From Eledone cirrhosa (taxonomy: Eukaryota): a stretch of DNA of 64,000 bases. The position numbers and the translations under genes were made by a program. The DNA is taken from the NCBI GenBank assembly GCA_964016885.1, contig OZ024744.1, forward strand, positions 30,256,001 through 30,320,000. The letters run 5' to 3'. Numbering within the stretch: position 1 is the stretch's first letter; the number at the start of each line of letters is the position of its first letter. The notes beneath the pieces are model-generated. The model did not search any database and was not told the origin of the DNA. It saw nothing but the letters and a program-made list of their open reading frames with translations. Below, in pieces: positions 1-13,300 of the stretch.

Positions 1-142
1 CCTTGTTTGAAGAACTTTGTAACGCGAACTGTCGCGAAATTTATTATAATTATTGAACAACCAATCAAATTACTTCTCGAAAAACCTGGCATTTCGAGCC
101 ACTTTTTCCATATAAAACAAGTAACATTCAGAGACCAACCAG

Positions 143-277
143 ATGTGAGAAAAACCACAGACCCTCCATCTCAACTCTACTTTTGAAAAGCAGAAGAACT
201 GCGAAACCGGTAAAGAAACCAAATAAATATATATATATTTTTTTTAAATAAGACTCCAGTTGCATTTTCGATTTCAT
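143..277 (+). repeat. ~135-bp module with an inverted copy at 2612-2747; probable Penelope-like pseudo-LTR fragment
   Basis: atgtgagaaaaaccacagaccctccatctcaac...ttgcattttcgatttcat is the near-exact reverse complement of 2612-2747. Both copies lie next to (TA)n. Confidence 0.85.
180..215 (+). ncRNA. Minimal type I hammerhead ribozyme-like motif (variant core UUGAAAA)
   Basis: ctt-TTGAAAA-gcag(aagaa)ctgc-GAAA-ccgg-TA-aag: stem I ctt/aag, stem II gcag/ctgc, palindromic stem III ACCGGT. Confidence 0.5.
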
Positions 278-284
278 TTTTTTT

Positions 285-336
<52 letters not shown>

Positions 337-340
<4 letters not shown>

Positions 341-407
341 TAAAATAACAGATTAAAGTTTAAGCAAAGAATCGCTACTTTCACCCTTAACGGGATCTTC
401 TGAAACT
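337..407 (+). repeat. Dispersed module (aaataacagattaaagtttaagcaaagaat...); further copies at 2794-2905 (+), 2294-2345 (-) and 3664-3780 (-)
   Basis: Direct and reverse-complement matches read from the sequence. Confidence 0.85.
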
Positions 408-572
408 ATATATATATATATATATATAATAAAAAATGAAAAATCATTGATGCATCTGATTTGGGAACATATGCTCCGAAATCATTAGATGTGTCCGTCG
501 AGTCGAACCTGCGGGACCAGAATCAGACAGATCCACACAATGATCGCGTCTCGAGCTGTCCGCCGGCGAAAC

Positions 573-704
573 AATTGTAACACACAATAAATTGAGTTCT
601 GATGCATCACTGATTTTCGTTTTCAATTATATCATACTCTGCTCTGTAAGAACATAGAGTGCTCATCTGGCATACCGCCTATGGAAGCATCTTAGCTACC
701 ATCA

Positions 705-737
<33 letters not shown>
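573..737 (+). repeat. Left arm of an inverted repeat; right arm at ~4019-4181 runs into the gap
   Basis: aattgtaacacacaataaattgagttctgatgcatc...ctaccatcagac(ac)n is the reverse complement of (gt)nctgatggtag...gtgttacgatt, with few mismatches. Confidence 0.9.
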
Positions 738-756
<19 letters not shown>

Positions 757-912
757 GTCCAGAAATAGCCGTCGAAACGGTTTGAGCTCTGCCGTTTGAG
801 TTCATACCTTTTCCTATATATATATATATATATCCTTATATATATATATATTGTTATATATATATATGTTTACATATATATATATTGATATATATATATA
901 TATATATATGTT

Positions 913-946
<34 letters not shown>

Positions 947-989
947 ATTATATATATATATTGTGACATGGGATTAGGTGAATATATAT

Positions 990-1175
990 ATTAATAATCG
1001 TTTCTACTTTTGGCACAAGGCCAGCATATACCCAGTGTATTACTGGTACTTTATTTTATCGACCCCCGTAAGGATAAAAGGCAAAGCTAACCTTGGCGGG
1101 ATTTGAACTCAGAATGGCAAGGGCCGTAACTCTATGCGTCAAAGCATGGCGTCCGACCTTCTACCGACACTGCCA
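990..1175 (-). mobile_element. tRNA-derived SINE fragment (MetaSINE-like central domain)
   Basis: Minus strand has B-box-like gagttcaaatcc followed by gctttgccttttatccttacgggggtcgataaaataaagtaccag, resembling the Meta domain. Related copies at 3042-3235, 3460-3570 and 59017-59236. Confidence 0.7.
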
Positions 1176-1280
1176 TGGACCCGAGAGACCATTTTCACCA
1201 TTTATATTTTCTAGACACAAGATATATGACTATCGGCACACTTATTTCCCAGCAGAGAAACACACTCACTCACACGCACG

Positions 1281-1487
<207 letters not shown>

Positions 1488-1748
1488 TAGTAAAAAACAA
1501 AAAAACAGTAGAAAATGCAAACGGGATTTTCTATCAGAATAACATCAAAACATTTATTTACAAAATAGAAATATCCACATTAATGTACCGGTTTCAGCTT
1601 CTTCACACAACGGAAGTATATGAATTGCATATTAATAAGAACATAAGAATATGGGAAAACCATTTTTTTAACATACATATATACAGAGAAAAGTTCACAT
1701 TTTTGTCTGTAGTTTTCTTTCTCTCTTAATTATTTATTTCTCATATAC

Positions 1749-1780
<32 letters not shown>

Positions 1781-2038
1781 ATTTCCAGGGGTACTTAGTA
1801 CCTGTGGGGATATTAATCTCCTTTTATATTTACTCCGTTATGTTGAGAACAAATCTGTTGTTTTATTTAGCTGCTATTTTTAGTGGCGTGATAGACAACA
1901 CGTCTATGTTTACTACCTGCTTCTACTAAGGGCTGGTTCATGCCTAGGTCAACTTTACGGCCTCATTCGATCCTGTGCTAGCTGGCAGATGGCAATATAT
2001 TTTGCTGTTCTTGGGACTTCTGTCCTAGGAAAGGAAAA

Positions 2039-2120
2039 TGTTCTCTGATGATCCGAATATTTTCATTGGAGATCCCTAGGATCTCCAATCTTTTGTAAGG
2101 TGAAACTGTCGGTAAAAGCA
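2039..2120 (+). ncRNA. Candidate type I hammerhead ribozyme with extended stem II
   Basis: tgttct-CTGATGA-tcc...attggagatcc(cta)ggatctccaat...ggt-GAAA-ctgtcgg-TA-aaagca: canonical core, internal 11-bp hairpin, stem I 5/6 paired. Confidence 0.5.
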
Positions 2121-2201
2121 AATGGATTAGGTAAATATTTAAATTATAATTTTTAATTTATTTTGAGAAATTGTTTGAATTTTACTTGCTCCGCTTATCT
2201 C

Positions 2202-2259
<58 letters not shown>

Positions 2260-2345
2260 ATAATAATAAAATTGAAGACTAAAATCCAAAGAGGTGAAAG
2301 CAGCGATTCTTTGCTTAAACTTTAATCTGTTATTTTAATAAATAA

Positions 2346-2440
<95 letters not shown>

Positions 2441-2446
2441 ATATAT

Positions 2447-2543
<97 letters not shown>

Positions 2544-2672
2544 GTGAGGTTTTTTTTACAAAATGAAAAATAACCGGTGTCCTACACGAGTGGAAGTATA
2601 AAGAAAAAGGGATGAAATCGAAAATGCAACTGAAGTCTTATTTTTTTTTTAAATATATATATTTATTTGGTT

Positions 2673-2710
2673 CCTTTACCGGTTTCGCAGTTCTTCTGCT
2701 TTTCAAAAGG
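2673..2710 (-). ncRNA. Second copy of the minimal hammerhead-like motif
   Basis: Reverse complement reads cctt-TTGAAAA-gcagaagaactgc-GAAA-ccgg-TA-aagg, with a 4-bp stem I. Confidence 0.5.
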
Positions 2711-2741
2711 TGAGTTGAGATGGAGGGTCTGTGGTTTTTCT

Positions 2742-2799
<58 letters not shown>

Positions 2800-3041
2800 T
2801 AACAGATTAAAGTTTAAGCAAAGAATTGCTGCTTTCACCCTTTACGGGATCTTCTGATACTAAAACAATCAATCTGTGAACGCAGAAGTAATTATTTCGA
2901 AAAATTTAATTATTGTTGATTTAAATTACCTCTGTAATTTATTTACTTTATTCTTAATTCTGAAGCCGAGAATCATTCGGTTTCCTAAATAGAATATTAG
3001 TCTACGACTTCATTTATACCATAAACGTTCTCATCTCTCCA

Positions 3042-3235
3042 AATAATTGTTTCTACTTTTGGCACACGGCCAGCAATTACCCAATGCATTACTGGTACTT
3101 TATTCTATCGATCCCGGAAGCATGAAAGGCAAAGTTAACCTCGGCGGGATTTGAACTCATATCATACAGGGAGGTAACTCTATGCTTCAAAGCATGGCAT
3201 CCGACCCTCTACCGATACAGCCAATCCACCGCCTT
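3042..3235 (-). mobile_element. MetaSINE-like SINE copy
   Basis: Homologous to 990-1175 and includes the tRNA-like head (ggcggtggattggc...gagttcaaatcc). Confidence 0.7.
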
Positions 3236-3428
3236 CTCAGCTCTCCAATTAATAACGTATTGTCTTCGTTTTTCGTTCATTGAAGGGGAACGTCTCCACG
3301 AACCGCCTAAATAGAATATTAGTTTATACCATAAACGTGGTCTTCTCTTTGCGTGTAATTGTTCTCACCGCTCCAAATAATTGTTTCTACTTTTATATAT
3401 ATATATATATATTATATATATATATATA

Positions 3429-3570
3429 TTGTGACATGGGATTAGGTGAATATATATATTAATAATTGTTTCTATTTTTGGCACAAGGCCATCAATTAAT
3501 CCAGGGCATTACTGGTACTTTATTTTATCGATCCCATAAGGATGGAAGGCAAAGTTAACCGCTGCGGGAT
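3429..3570 (-). mobile_element. SINE 3' fragment plus flank, duplicated from ~961-1100
   Basis: ttgtgacatgggattaggtgaatatatat...ttggcacaaggcc matches 961-1030. Confidence 0.7.
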
Positions 3571-3864
3571 GACGTATTATCTTCGTTGTTTTTTTTCGTT
3601 CTTTCCCAGGGAACTGTTCCATGAACCAAAGTATCGTCTTCCTGTCTTCCTTCGGTTGCAACGTTTTTCGAAATATTTACTTCTGCGTTCACAGAATGAT
3701 TTTTTTAGTTTCAGAAGATCCCGTAAAGGGTGAAAGCAGCAATTCTTTGCTTAAACTTTAATCTGTTATTTTAATAAATATTTGCTCTACGGTTCTTATA
3801 TATCTGATATATATTTATCCTTATCGAGCCCTCTTTGGATTTTAGTCTTCAAATTTATTATTAT

Positions 3865-4005
<141 letters not shown>

Positions 4006-4016
4006 GGGGGGTGGGG

Positions 4017-4047
<31 letters not shown>

Positions 4048-4181
4048 CTGATGGTAGCTAAGATGCTTCCATAGGCGGTATGCCAGATGAGCACTCTATG
4101 CTCTTACAGAGCAGAGTATGATATAGTAGAAAACGAAAAATCAGTGATGCATCAGAACTCAATTTATTGTGTGTTACGATT

Positions 4182-4381
4182 NNNNNNNNNNNNNNNNNNN
4201 NNNNNNNNNNNNNNNNNNNNNNNNNNNNNNNNNNNNNNNNNNNNNNNNNNNNNNNNNNNNNNNNNNNNNNNNNNNNNNNNNNNNNNNNNNNNNNNNNNNN
4301 NNNNNNNNNNNNNNNNNNNNNNNNNNNNNNNNNNNNNNNNNNNNNNNNNNNNNNNNNNNNNNNNNNNNNNNNNNNNNNNNN
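4182..4381. other. Assembly gap (200 N)
   Basis: Run of n. Confidence 1.
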
Positions 4382-7300
4382 AGTAGTAGCTGTAGTAGAG
4401 ACAGTGACAGTAGTAGCTGTAGTAGAGACAGTGACAGTAGTAGCTGTAGTAGAGACAGTAGTAGCTGTAGTAGAGACAGTGACAGTAGTAGCTGTAGTAG
4501 AGACAGTAGTAGCTGTAGTAGAGACAGTGACAGTAGTAGCTGTAGTAGAGACAGTAGTAGCTGTAGTAGAGACAGTGACAGTAGTAGCTGTAGTAGAGAC
4601 AGTAGTAGCTGTAGTAGAGACAGTGACAGTAGTAGCTGTAGTAGAGACAGTGACAGTAGTAGCTGTAGTAGAGACAGTGACAGTAGTAGCTGTAGTAGAG
4701 ACAGTGACAGTAGTAGCTGTAGTAGAGACAGTGACAGTAGTAGCTGTAGTTAGAGACAGTGACAGTAGTAGCTGTAGTAGAGACAGTGACAGTAGTAGCT
4801 GTAGTAGAGACAGTAGTAGCTGTAGTAAGACAGAGACAGTAGTAGCTGTAGTAGAGACAGTGACAGTAGTAGCTGTAGTAGAGACAGTGACAGTAGTAGC
4901 TGTAGTAGAGACAGTGACAGTAGTAGCTGTAGTAGAGACAGTGACAGTAGTAGCTGTAGTAGAGACAGTGACAGTAGTAGCTGTAGTAGAGACAGTAGTA
5001 GCTGTAGTAGAGACAGAGACAGTAGTAGCTGTAGTAGAGACAGTAGTAGCTGTAGTAGAGACAGTGACAGTAGTAGCTGTAGTAGAGACAGTGACAGTAG
5101 TAGCTGTAGTAGAGACAGTGACAGTAGTAGCTGTAGTAGAGACAGTGACAGTAGTAGCTGTAGTAGAGACAGTGACAGTAGTAGCTGTAGTAGAGACAGT
5201 GACAGTAGTAGCTGTAGTAGAGACAGTGACAGTAGTAGCTGTAGTAGAGACAGTAGTAGCTGTAGTAGAGACAGTGACAGTAGTAGCTGTAGTAGAGACA
5301 GTAGTAGCTGTAGTAGAGACAGTGACAGTAGTAGCTGTAGTAGAGACAGTAGTAGCTGTAGTAGAGACAGTAGTAGCTGTAGTAGAGACAGTGACAGTAG
5401 TAGCTGTAGTAGAGACAGTGACAGTAGTAGCTGTAGTAGAGACAGTAGTAGCTGTAGTAGAGACAGTGACAGTAGTAGCTGTAGTAGAGACAGTAGTAGC
5501 TGTAGTAGAGACAGTAGTAGCTGTAGTAGAGACAGTGACAGTAGTAGCTGTAGTAGAGACAGTGACAGTAGTAGCTGTAGTAGAGACAGTAGTAGCTGTA
5601 GTAGAGACAGTGACAGTAGTAGCTGTAGTAGAGACAGTGACAGTAGTAGCTGTAGTAGAGACAGTGACAGTAGTAGCTGTAGTAGAGACAGTAGTAGCTG
5701 TAGTAGAGACAGTAGTAGCTGTAGTAGAGACAGTGACAGTAGTAGCTGTAGTAGAGACAGTAGTAGCTGTAGTAGAGACAGTGACAGTAGTAGCTGTAGT
5801 AGAGACAGTGACAGTAGTAGCTGTAGTAGAGACAGTAGTAGCTGTAGTAGAGACAGTGGCACTAGTAGCTGTAGTAGAGACAGTGACAGTAGTAGCTGTA
5901 GTAGAGACAGTGACAGTAGTAGCTGTAGAGAGACAGTGACAGTAGTAGCTGTAGTAGAGACAGTGACAGTAGTAGCTGTAGTAGAGACAGTGGACAGTAG
6001 TAGCTGTAGTAGAGACAGTGACAGTAGTAGCTGTAGTAGAGACAGTGACAGTAGTAGCTGTAGTAGAGACAGTGACAGTAGTAACTGTAGTAGAGACAGT
6101 GACAGTAGTAGCTGTAGTAGAGACAGTGACAGTAGTAGCTGTAGTAGAGACAGTGGCAGTAGTAGCTGTAGTAGAGACAGTAGTAGCTGTAGTAGAGACA
6201 GTGACAGTAGTAGCTGTAGTAGAGACAGTGGCAGTAGTAGCTGTAGTAGAGACAGTGGCAGTAGTAGCTGTAGTAGAGACAGTAGTAGCTGTAGTAGAGA
6301 CAGTGAAAGTAGTAGCTGTAGTAGAGACAGAGACAGTAGTAGCTGTAGTAGAGACAGTAGTAGCTGTAGTAGAGACAGTAGTAGCTGTAGTAGAGACAGT
6401 GACAGTAGTAGCTGTAGTAGAGACAGTAGTAGCTGTAGTAGAGACAGAGACAGTAGTAGCTGTAGTAGAGACAGTAGTAGCTGTAGTAGAGACAGTGACA
6501 GTAGTAGCTGTAGTAGAGACAGTAGTAGCTGTAGTAGAGACAGTGACAGTAGTAGCTGTAGTAGAGACAGTGACAGTAGTAGCTGTAGTAGAGACAGTGA
6601 CAGTAGTAGCTGTAGTAGAGACAGTAGTAGCTGTAGTAGAGACAGTAGTAGCTGTAGTAGAGACAGTGACAGTAGTAGCTGTAGTAGAGACAGTGGCAGT
6701 AGTAGCTGTAGTAGAGACAGTAGTAGCTGTAGTAGAGACAGTAGTAGCTGTAGTAGAGACAGTGACAGTAGTAGCTGTAGTAGAGACAGTGCAGTAGTAG
6801 CTGTAGTAGAGACAGTAGTAGCTGTAGTAGAGACAGTAGTAGCTGTAGTAGAGACAGTGACAGTAGTAGCTGTAGTAGAGACAGTGGCAGTAGTAGCTGT
6901 AGAAGAGACAGTAGTAGCTGTAGTAGAGACAGTGACAGTAGTAGCTGTAGTAGAGACAGTAGTAGCTGTAGTAGAGACAGTAGTAGCTGTAGTAGAGACA
7001 GTGGCAGTAGTAGCTGTAGTAGAGGACAGTAGTAGCTGTAGTAGAGACAGTGACAGTAGTAGCTGTAGTAGAGACAGTAGTAGCTGTAGTAGAGACAGTG
7101 ACAGTAGTAGCTGTAGTAGAGACAGTGACAGTAGTAGCTGTAGTAGAGACAGTAGTAGCTGTAGTAGAGACAGTAGTAGCTGTAGTAGAGACAGTAGTAG
7201 CTGTAGTAGAGACAGTGACAGTAGTAGCTGTAGTAAGACAGTGACAGTAGTAGCTGTAGTAGAGACAGTGGTAGCTGTAGTAGAGACAGTAGTAGCTGTA

Positions 7301-10300
7301 GTAGAGACAGTGACAGTAGTAGCTGTAGTAGAGACAGTAGTAGCTGTAGTAGAGACAGTGGACAGTAGTAGCTGTAGTAGAGACAGTGACAGTAGTAGCT
7401 GTAGTAGAGACAGTGACAGTAGTAGCTGTAGTAGAGACAGTAGTAGCTGTAGTAGAGACAGTGACAGTAGTAGCTGTAGTAGAGACAGTGACAGTAGTAG
7501 CTGTAGTAGAGACAGTAGTAGCTGTAGTAGAGACAGTGACAGTAGTAGCTGTAGTAGAGACAGTGGTAGCTGTAGTAGAGACAGTGACAGTAGTAGTTGT
7601 AGTAGAGACAGTAGTAGCTGTAGTAGAGACAGTGACAGTAGTAGCTGTAGTAGAGACAGTAGTAGCTGTAGTAGAGACAGTGACAGTAGTAGCTGTAGTA
7701 GAGACAGTAGTAGCTGTAGTAGAGACTGTGACAGTAGTAGCTGTAGTAGAGACAGTGACAGTAGTAGCTGTAGTAGAGAGACAGTAGTAGCTGTAGTAGA
7801 GACAGTGACAGTAGTAGCTGTAGTAGAGACAGTGACAGTAGTAGCTGTAGTAGAGACAGTAGTAGCTGTAGTAGAGACAGTGACAGTAGTAGCTGTAGTA
7901 GAGACAGTGACAGTAGTAGCTGTAGTAGAGACAGTAGTAGCTGTAGTAGAGACAGTAGTAGCTGTAGTAGAGACAGTGACAGTAGTAGCTGTAGTAGAGA
8001 CAGTGACAGTAGTAGCTGTAGTAGAGACAGTAGTAGCTGTAGTAGAGACAGTGACAGTAGTAGCTGTAGTAGAGACAGTGAGTAGCTGTAGTAGAGACAG
8101 TGACAGTAGTAGTTGTAGTAGAGACAGTGGTAGTAGTAGCTGTAGTAGAGACAGTAGTAGCTGTAGTAGAGACAGTGACAGTAGTAGCTGTAGTAGAGAC
8201 AGTGGCAGTAGTAGCTGTAGTAGAGGACAGTAGTAGCTGTAGTAGAGACAGTGGCAGTAGTAGCTGTAGTAGAGACAGTGACAGTAGTAGCTGTAGTAGA
8301 GACAGTGACAGTAGTAGCTGTAGTAGAGACAGTAGTAGCTGTAGTAGAGACAGTAGTAGCTGTAGTAGAGACAGTGACAGTAGTAGCTGTAGTAGAGACA
8401 GTGACAGTAGTAGCTGTAGTAGAGACAGTGACAGTAGTAGCTGTAGTAGAGACAGTGACAGTAGTAGCTGTAGTAGAGACAGTGACAGTAGTAGCTGTAG
8501 TAGTGACAGTGACAGTAGTAGCTGTAGTAGAGACAGTAGTAGCTGTAGTAGAGACAGTGACAGTAGTAGCTGTAGTAGAGACAGTGACAGTAGTAGCTGT
8601 AGTAGAGACAGTAGTAGCTGTAGTAGAGACAGTGACAGTAGTAGCTGTAGTAGAGACAGTAGTAGCTGTAGTAGAGACAGTAGTAGATGTAGTAGAGACA
8701 GTAGTAGCTGTAGTAGAGACAGTAGTAGCTGTAGTAGAGACAGTAGTAGCTGTAGTAGAGACAGTGACAGTAGTAGCTGTAGTAGAGACAGTAGTAGCTG
8801 TAGTAGAGACAGTAGTAGCTGTAGTAGAGACAGTAGTAGCTGTAGTAGAGACAGTGACAGTAGTAGCTGTAGTAGAGACAGTGGCAGTAGTAGCTGTAGT
8901 AGAGCCAGTGACAGTAGTAGCTGTAGTAGAGACAGTAGTAGCTGTAGTAGAGACAGTAGTAGCTGTAGTAGAGACAGTGACAGTAGTAGCTGTAGTAGAG
9001 ACAGTAGTAGCTGTAGTAGAGACAGTAGTAGCTGTAGTAGAGACAGTGACAGTAGTAGCTGTAGTAGAGACAGTAGTAGCTGTAGTAGAGACAGTGACAG
9101 TAGTAGCTGTAGTAGAGACAGTGACAGTAGTAGCTGTAGTAGAGACAGTAGTAGCTGTAGTAGAGACAGTAGTAGCTGTAGTAGAGACAGTGACAGTAGT
9201 AGCTGTAGTAGAGACAGTGACAGTAGTAGCTGTAGTAGAGACAGTGGCAGTAGTAGCTGTAGTAGAGACAGTAGTAGCTGTAGTAGACAGGACAGTAGTA
9301 GCTGTAGTAGTGACAGTGACATTAGTAGCTGTAGTAGAGACAGTAGTAGCTGTAGTAGAGACAGTAGTAGCTGTAGTAGAGACAGTGACAGTAGTAGCTG
9401 TAGTAGAGACAGAGACAGTAGTAGCTGTAGTAGAGACAGTAGTAGCTGTAGTAGAGACAGTGACAGTAGTAGCTGTAGTAGAGACAGTAGTAGCTGTAGT
9501 AGAGACAGTGACAGTAGTAGCTGTAGTAGAGACAGTGACAGTAGTAGCTGTAGTAGAGACAGTAGTAGCTGTAGTAGAGACAGTAGTAGCTGTAGTAGAG
9601 ACAGTGACAGCAGTAGCTGTAGTAGAGACAGTGACAGTAGTAGCTGTAGTAGAGACAGTGACAGTAGTAGCTGTAGTAGAGACAGTAGTAGCTGTAGTAG
9701 AGACAGTGACAGTAGTAGCTGTAGTAGAGACAGTGACAGTAGTAGCTGTAGTAGAGACAGTAGTAGCTGTAGTAGAGACAGTGACAGCAGTAGCTGTAGT
9801 AGAGACAGTGCAGTAGTAGCTGTAGTAGAGACAGTAGTAGCTGTAGTAGAGACAGTAGTAGCTGTAGTAGAGACAGTGACAGTAGTAGCTGTAGTAGAGA
9901 CAGTGACAGTAGTAGCTGTAGTAGAGACAGTTGCAGTAGTAGCTGTAGTAGAGACAGTAGTAGCTGTAGTAGAGACAGTAGTAGCTGTAGTAGAGACAGT
10001 GACAGTAGTAGCTGTAGTAGAGACAGTGACAGTAGTAGCTGTATTAGAGACAGTGACAGTAGTAGCTGTAGCAGAGACAGTAGTAGCTGTAGTAGAGACA
10101 GTGACAGTAGTAGCTGTAGTAGAGACAGTGACAGTTATAGCTGTAGTAGAGACAGTAGTAGCTGTAGTAGAGACAGTAGTAGCTGTAGTAGAGGACAGTA
10201 GTAGCTGTAGTAGAGACAGTAGTAGCTGTAGTAGAGACAGTAGTAGTAGCTGTAGTAGAGACAGTGGCAGTAGTAGCTGTAGTAGAGACAGTGGCAGTAG

Positions 10301-13300
10301 TAGCTGTAGTAGAGACAGAGACAGTAGTAGCTGTAGTAGAGACAGTGACAGTAGTAGCTGTAGTAGAGACAGTGACAGTAGTAGCTGTAGTAGAGACAGT
10401 GGCAGTAGTAGCTGTAGTAGAGACAGTGACAGTAGTAGCTGTAGTAGAGACAGTAGTAGCTGTAGTAGAGACAGTGACAGTAGTAGCTGTAGTAGAGACA
10501 GTAGTAGCTGTAGTAGAGACAGTGACAGTAGTAGCTGTAGTAGAGACAGTAGTAGCTGTAGTAGAGACAGTGACAGTAGTAGGCTGTAGTAGAGACAGTG
10601 GCAGTAGTAGCTGTAGTAGAGACAGTGACAGTAGTAGCTGTAGTAGAGACAGTAGTAGCTGTAGTAGAGACAGTGACAGTAAGTAGCTGTAGTAGAGACA
10701 GTAGTAGCTGTAGTAGAGACAGTAGTAGCTGTAGTAGAGACAGTGACAGTAGTAGCTGTAGTAGAGACAGTGGACAGTAGTAGCTGTAGTAGAGACAGTG
10801 ACAGTAGTAGCTGTAGTAGAGACAGTGACAGTAGTAGCTGTAGTAGAGACAGTGACAGGTAGTAGCTGTAGTAGAGACAGTGACAGTAGTAGCTGTAGTA
10901 GAGACAGTAGTAGCTGTAGTAGAGACAGTAGTAGCTGTAGTAGAGACAGTAGTAGCTGTAGTAGAGACAGTGGCAGTAGTAGCTGTAGTAGAGACAGTAG
11001 TAGCTGTAGTAGAGACAGAGACAGTAGTAGCTGTAGTAGAGACAGTGACAGTAGTAGCTGTAGTAGAGACAGTAGTAGCTGTAGTAGAGACAGTGGCAGT
11101 AGTAGCTGTAGTAGAGACAGTGACAGTAGTAGCTGTAGTAGAGACAGTAGTAGCTGTAGTAGAGACAGTGACAGTAGTAGCTGTAGTAGAGACAGTGACA
11201 GTAGTAGCTGTAGTAGAGACAGTGACAGTAGTAGCTGTAGTAGAGACAGTAGTAGCTGTAGTAGAGACAGTAGTAGCTGTAGTAGAGACAGTGACAGTAG
11301 TAGCTGTAGTAGAGACAGTGACAGTAGTAGCTGTAGTAGAGACAGTGACAGTAGTAGCTGTAGTAGAGACAGTGACAGTAGTAGCTATAGTAGAGACAGT
11401 AGTAGCTGTAGTAGAGACAGAGACAGTAGTAGCTGTAGTAGAGACAGTAGTAGCTGTAGTAGAGACAGTGGCAGTAGTAGCTGTAGCAGAGACAGTGACA
11501 GTAGTAGCTGTAGTAGAGACAGTAGTAGCTGTAGTAGAGACAGTGGCAGTAGTAGCTGTAGCAGAGACAGTGACAGTAGTAGCTGTAGTAGAGACAGTGG
11601 TAGCTGTAGTAGAGACAGTAGTAGCTGTAGTAGAGACAGAGACAGTAGTAGCTGTAGTAGAGACAGTAGTAGCTGTAGTAGAGACAGTGACAGTAGTAGC
11701 TGTAGCAGAGACAGTGACAGTAGTAGCTGTAGTAGAGACAGTAGTAGCTGTAGTAGAGACAGAGACAGTAGTAGCTGTAGTAGAGACAGTGGCAGTAGTA
11801 GCTGTAGTAGAGACAGTGACAGTAGTAGCTGTAGTAGAGACAGTGACAGTAGTAGCTGTAGTAGTGACAGTGACAGTAGTAGCTGTATTAGAGACAGTAG
11901 TAGCTGTAGTAGAGAAAGTGGCAGTAGTAGCTGTAGTAGAGACAGTGACAGTAGTAGCTGTAGTAGAGACAGTGACAGTAGTAGCTGTAGTAGAGACAGT
12001 GACAGTAGTAGCTGTAGTAGAGACAGTGACAGTAGTAGCTGTAGTAGAGACAGTAGTAGCTGTAGTAGAGACAGAGACAGTAGTAGCTGTAGTAGAGACA
12101 GTAGTAGCTGTAGTAGAGACAGTGACAGTAGTAGCTGTAGCAGAGACAGTAGTAGCTGTAGTAGAGACAGTGACAGTAGTAGTTGTAGTAGAGACAGTGA
12201 CAGTAGTAGTTGTAGTAGAGACAGTGACAGTAGTAGTTGTAGTAGAGACAGTGACAGTAGTAGCTGTAGTAGAGACAGTGACAGTAGTAGCTGTAGTAGA
12301 GACAGTAGTAGCTGTAGTAGAGACAGTAGTAGCTGTAGCAGAGACAGTAGTAGCTGTAGCAGAGACAGTGACAGTAGTAGCTGTAGTAGAGACAGTGACA
12401 GTAGTAGCTGTAGTAGAGACAGTAGTAGCTGTAGTAGAGACAGTGACAGTAGTAGCTGTAGTAGAGACAGTAGTAGCTGTAGTAGAGACAGTAGTAGATG
12501 TAGTAGAGACAGTAGTAGCTGTAGTAGAGACAGTAGTAGCTGTAGTAGAGACAGTAGTAGCTGTAGTAGAGACAGTGACAGTAGTAGCTGTAGTAGAGAC
12601 AGTAGTAGCTGTAGTAGAGACAGTAGTAGCTGTAGTAGAGACAGTAGTAGCTGCAGTAGAGACAGTGACAGTAGTAGCTGTAGTAGAGACAGTGGCAGTA
12701 GTAGCTGTAGTAGAGCCAGTGACAGTAGTAGCTGTAGTAGAGACAGTAGTAGCTGTAGTAGAGACAGTAGTAGCTGTAGTAGAGACAGTGGCAGTAGTAG
12801 CTGTAGTAGAGACAGTAGTAGCTGTAGTAGAGACAGTAGTAGCTGTAGTAGAGACAGTGACAGTAGTAGCTGTAGTAGAGACAGTAGTAGCTGTAGTAGA
12901 GACAGTGACAGTAGTAGCTGTAGTAGAGACAGTGACAGTAGTAGCTGTAGTAGAGACAGTAGTAGCTGTAGTAGAGACAGTAGTAGCTGTAGTAGAGACA
13001 GTGACAGTAGTAGCTGTAGTAGAGACAGTGACAGTAGTAGCTGTAGTAGAGACAGTGGCAGTAGTAGCTGTAGTAGAGACAGTAGTAGCTGTAGTAGAGA
13101 CAGTGACAGTAGTGGCTGTAGTAGTGACAGTGACTTTAGTAGCTGTAGTAGAGACAGTAGTAGCTGTAGTAGAGACAGTAGTAGCTGTAGTAGAGACAGT
13201 GACAGTAGTAGCTGTAGTAGAGACAGAGACAGTAGTAGCTGTAGTAGAGACAGTAGTAGCTGTAGTAGAGACAGTGACAGTAGTAGCTGTAGTAGAGACA

